Shown in pieces: positions 62,444-64,000 of a stretch of 64,000 bases of DNA. A model generated the notes under the pieces. The model did no database searches. It had not been told where the DNA came from and saw only the letters and a list, made by a program, of their open reading frames with translations. Within the stretch, counting starts at the first letter, position 1; every line of letters begins with the position of its first letter. The DNA is from Elusimicrobiota bacterium (GTDB lineage: Bacteria; Elusimicrobiota; Elusimicrobia; UBA1565; UBA9628), in contig DAHVNA010000001.1 in assembly GCA_027319565.1 (NCBI GenBank), positions 114,716-178,715 on the forward strand, given 5' to 3'. The position numbers and the translations under genes are program-made.

Positions 62444-64000
62444 GGGTTTCCCTCCTGAAAATTCTTGACCAGGATCTCAACCGAAGGGCCGTAGGAGGGG
62501 TCAAGCTCCTGTATCTGTTTTGCGGATTCGGAAACTTTCCGCGCGTTTTTAAGATGGATTTCGGTTTTAAGGAAGTTCATCCAGATATCGGGATTGCCGG
62601 GGTCGTTGAGCGCGGCTTTCTTATACCAACTCTCGGCCTTATGGTATTGGCGCTTTAAAAAGTCGATGTTTCCAAGATCGTTATAGGCGGCCGGGCTTGT
62701 GGAGCTAATGGCCAAGGCCGATTTAAAACTTTTCTTGGCGGCACTGATATTTCCATCTTCATACTCCCAAACCCCCAAGGCCAGGCGCGGATCGATGAGA
62801 GAGGGGTTTTCGGCGATTTTTTCTTCAAGCCTTTTCCGAATTGATCGGTAGGCCGCATGAAAGAGATTTTCGGAATTTTCTTTGACGAATTTATCGACCG
62901 CTTCCATATTCGGTATCTCCACCTTCCAGTCAGTGGGCGGCATGGTCACGGGCTCATATGTTTCCCAGGCTTTTCGCACATCGATGATATGAACGTCGCC
63001 TTTCTTTGACTCGGTTTTATAAGAATAGGCGGCGTTTCTTACGGCGTCGATAAAAGATTTTCCTATCAATGTCGACTCGACAGGGACCCAATAGGTTCCC
63101 TCATAACTAATCAAGCTGTCCTTAGGAAAAGCGGCATCGGTCCAAGAGGAGGCGCGGGTATCAAACATAAAGGCCATATGCCCTGGATAGTCGATAATGG
63201 CGGCGTGAACATTGTCCGCGTCAAGCATGGAGATGAATAGAGTCGTTAAATCGTCGCATTGTCCGCTTTTTCGCCGAAGAGTTTCCCGTGGAAATTGCGC
63301 ATAGTCAATCGGGAAATTGGGGTTGGTTGAAATTTTCTCAAAGGAGTTCGTCGGGTTTTCCGCGTATTGCATGCCGTAAACCCCTAAGGCTTCCCACAAA
63401 CGCATGGCGGCCAAAACATTGGAATTGAGGGCTGAGGCATCGGGAAAATTTTCCTGATGATTGAGAATCTCTCTCTCAAAATCAAATACGGGCGTATCGT
63501 TGGGAGTGATGAAATTGGCGATTCGGCGCGGGTCTTGCCAGGTAATGGCATTGCGGGAATAGACGGTCAGCGGCTGGGCAAGAGAGATCGTTTTCTTTTT
63601 GTTTTTTTCGAAATAGGTCAGCGTCAATTTCGCCTGAATGGGAGTTTCCTCCGTGACATCGAGGATGGTATTGTTTAAAGTCGCGATCAGAGGGACGACA
63701 ATCGAGGACATGGAGTCCAATTTTTTAATGCGTATGTCGTATCCAAAGTCCATGTAATTTTTGATCTGGAAGGTCAGCTTGAGGTCGTTAAACGGCACAT
63801 CGGAATTGTTCGTGATGGTGGCCGAGCCGATGGGATTTTTTAAATACCACTTATAGTTGGCCGGGAATATTCCGGACAATGTTATAGAGGAGATGGAGAT
63901 TTTCGGGCGGTTGGCGCTTTCCCCATCAATGGCCTTGATCGCCCGGCTTTGCGTGCCAATATCTCCGGTTTTCGCCTCGGTGGCCAATCGGTAGTAATAG
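62440..64000 (-). CDS. Transglutaminase-like domain protein with C-terminal TPR repeats. The N-terminus probably continues beyond the window end.
   Basis: Cys/His/Asp core SGQCDDLTTLFISMLDADNVHAAIIDYPGHMAFMFD. TPR-like C-terminus AYNDLGNIDFLKRQYHKAESWYKKAALNDPGNPD. The reading frame stays open to nt 64000 upstream of the TTG assigned by the ORF track. Confidence 0.5.
   Translation of the reverse strand, partial: YYYRLATEAKTGDIGTQSRAIKAIDGESANRPKISISSITLSGIFPANYKWYLKNPIGSATITNNSDVPFNDLKLTFQIKNYMDFGYDIRIKKLDSMSSIVVPLIATLNNTILDVTEETPIQAKLTLTYFEKNKKKTISLAQPLTVYSRNAITWQDPRRIANFITPNDTPVFDFEREILNHQENFPDASALNSNVLAAMRLWEALGVYGMQYAENPTNSFEKISTNPNFPIDYAQFPRETLRRKSGQCDDLTTLFISMLDADNVHAAIIDYPGHMAFMFDTRASSWTDAAFPKDSLISYEGTYWVPVESTLIGKSFIDAVRNAAYSYKTESKKGDVHIIDVRKAWETYEPVTMPPTDWKVEIPNMEAVDKFVKENSENLFHAAYRSIRKRLEEKIAENPSLIDPRLALGVWEYEDGNISAAKKSFKSALAISSTSPAAYNDLGNIDFLKRQYHKAESWYKKAALNDPGNPDIWMNFLKTEIHLKNARKVSESAKQIQELDPSYGPSVEILVKNFQEGNP

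Noticed and set aside
1-64000. CRISPR arrays, rRNA and tRNA genes
   Set aside because: No regularly spaced direct repeats with unique spacers were seen. The only tandem repeats are the 10-nt pilin-leader units and the GC-rich Gly-codon repeats. No intergenic region is long enough or has cloverleaf-like or rRNA-like conserved stretches. The few gaps (27114-27224, 33976-34069, 39386-39520, 54025-54167, 60743-60840) look like promoter or UTR sequence.

Overview
This is a densely coding 64-kb window (about 50% GC) from a diderm (Gram-negative-type) bacterium. The evidence for a double membrane is a secretin, outer-membrane beta-barrels, heptose/LPS-core genes and Tol/Ton-like motor parts. I found no rRNA, tRNA or CRISPR array. 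The main blocks are listed below.

- **1–5.1 kb, envelope glycan/peptidoglycan module.** A GT-C membrane glycosyltransferase is truncated by the window edge and absent from the supplied ORF track, because it lies in the third minus-strand frame. It is followed by MltB and an O-antigen-ligase-like Wzy_C + TPR protein.
- **5.1–17.2 kb, type IV pilus / T2SS-like assembly cluster.** It encodes an OmpA/FlgD-Ig protein, a PilM–PilN fusion, a split pilO-like gene, a PilP-like protein, a Gly-rich secretin, the PilB/GspE ATPase and the PilC/GspF platform. These are followed by a pilin with an unusually long leader encoded by repeat DNA, and three minor pilins or pseudopilins.
- **17.2–21.7 kb, hopanoid-tailoring-like cluster.** The genes are hpnK, hpnL, hpnI and hpnJ-like. 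A palindromic REP-like element sits in frame inside hpnK.
- **21.7–27.1 kb, housekeeping genes.** These are tatA and tatC (with a cytidylyltransferase gene between them), a diheme cytochrome c, ruvAB and a SpoIID/LytB gene.
- **27.2–34.0 kb, two-component signalling operon.** It contains an OmpR-family regulator lacking the phospho-acceptor Asp, a CheY-like receiver, a periplasmic-sensor histidine kinase and a hybrid HK-RR. It ends with a lipoprotein that carries CsgG/LpoB-like, ankyrin and caspase (C14) domains.
- **35.1–39.4 kb, GldA/GldF/GldG-like ABC transporter plus DUF4340, on the minus strand.**
- **39.5–50.5 kb, Tol-Pal/Ton- or Agl-like envelope motor locus.** Its parts are a 1068-aa TPR protein, a roughly 1080-aa protein with about 8 FlgD-Ig repeats and an OmpA_C domain, ExbB, two ExbD paralogues, and a TonB_C protein. 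Downstream are a HAMP-only membrane protein, a CheY-like receiver and a secreted FlgD-Ig-like protein. A second, inverted copy of the REP-like element lies at the start of the FlgD-Ig gene.
- **50.5–64 kb, mixed functions.** These are DedA, NupC, an AzgA-like permease, a signal-peptide-bearing protein-kinase-like protein followed by a large secreted hypothetical, an OM barrel, a fatty-acid desaturase, AhcY, GmhA, a standalone HldE adenylyltransferase domain, and a transglutaminase-like/TPR protein running off the window end.

All calls come from reading the translated sequence and recognising motifs. No database search was run.
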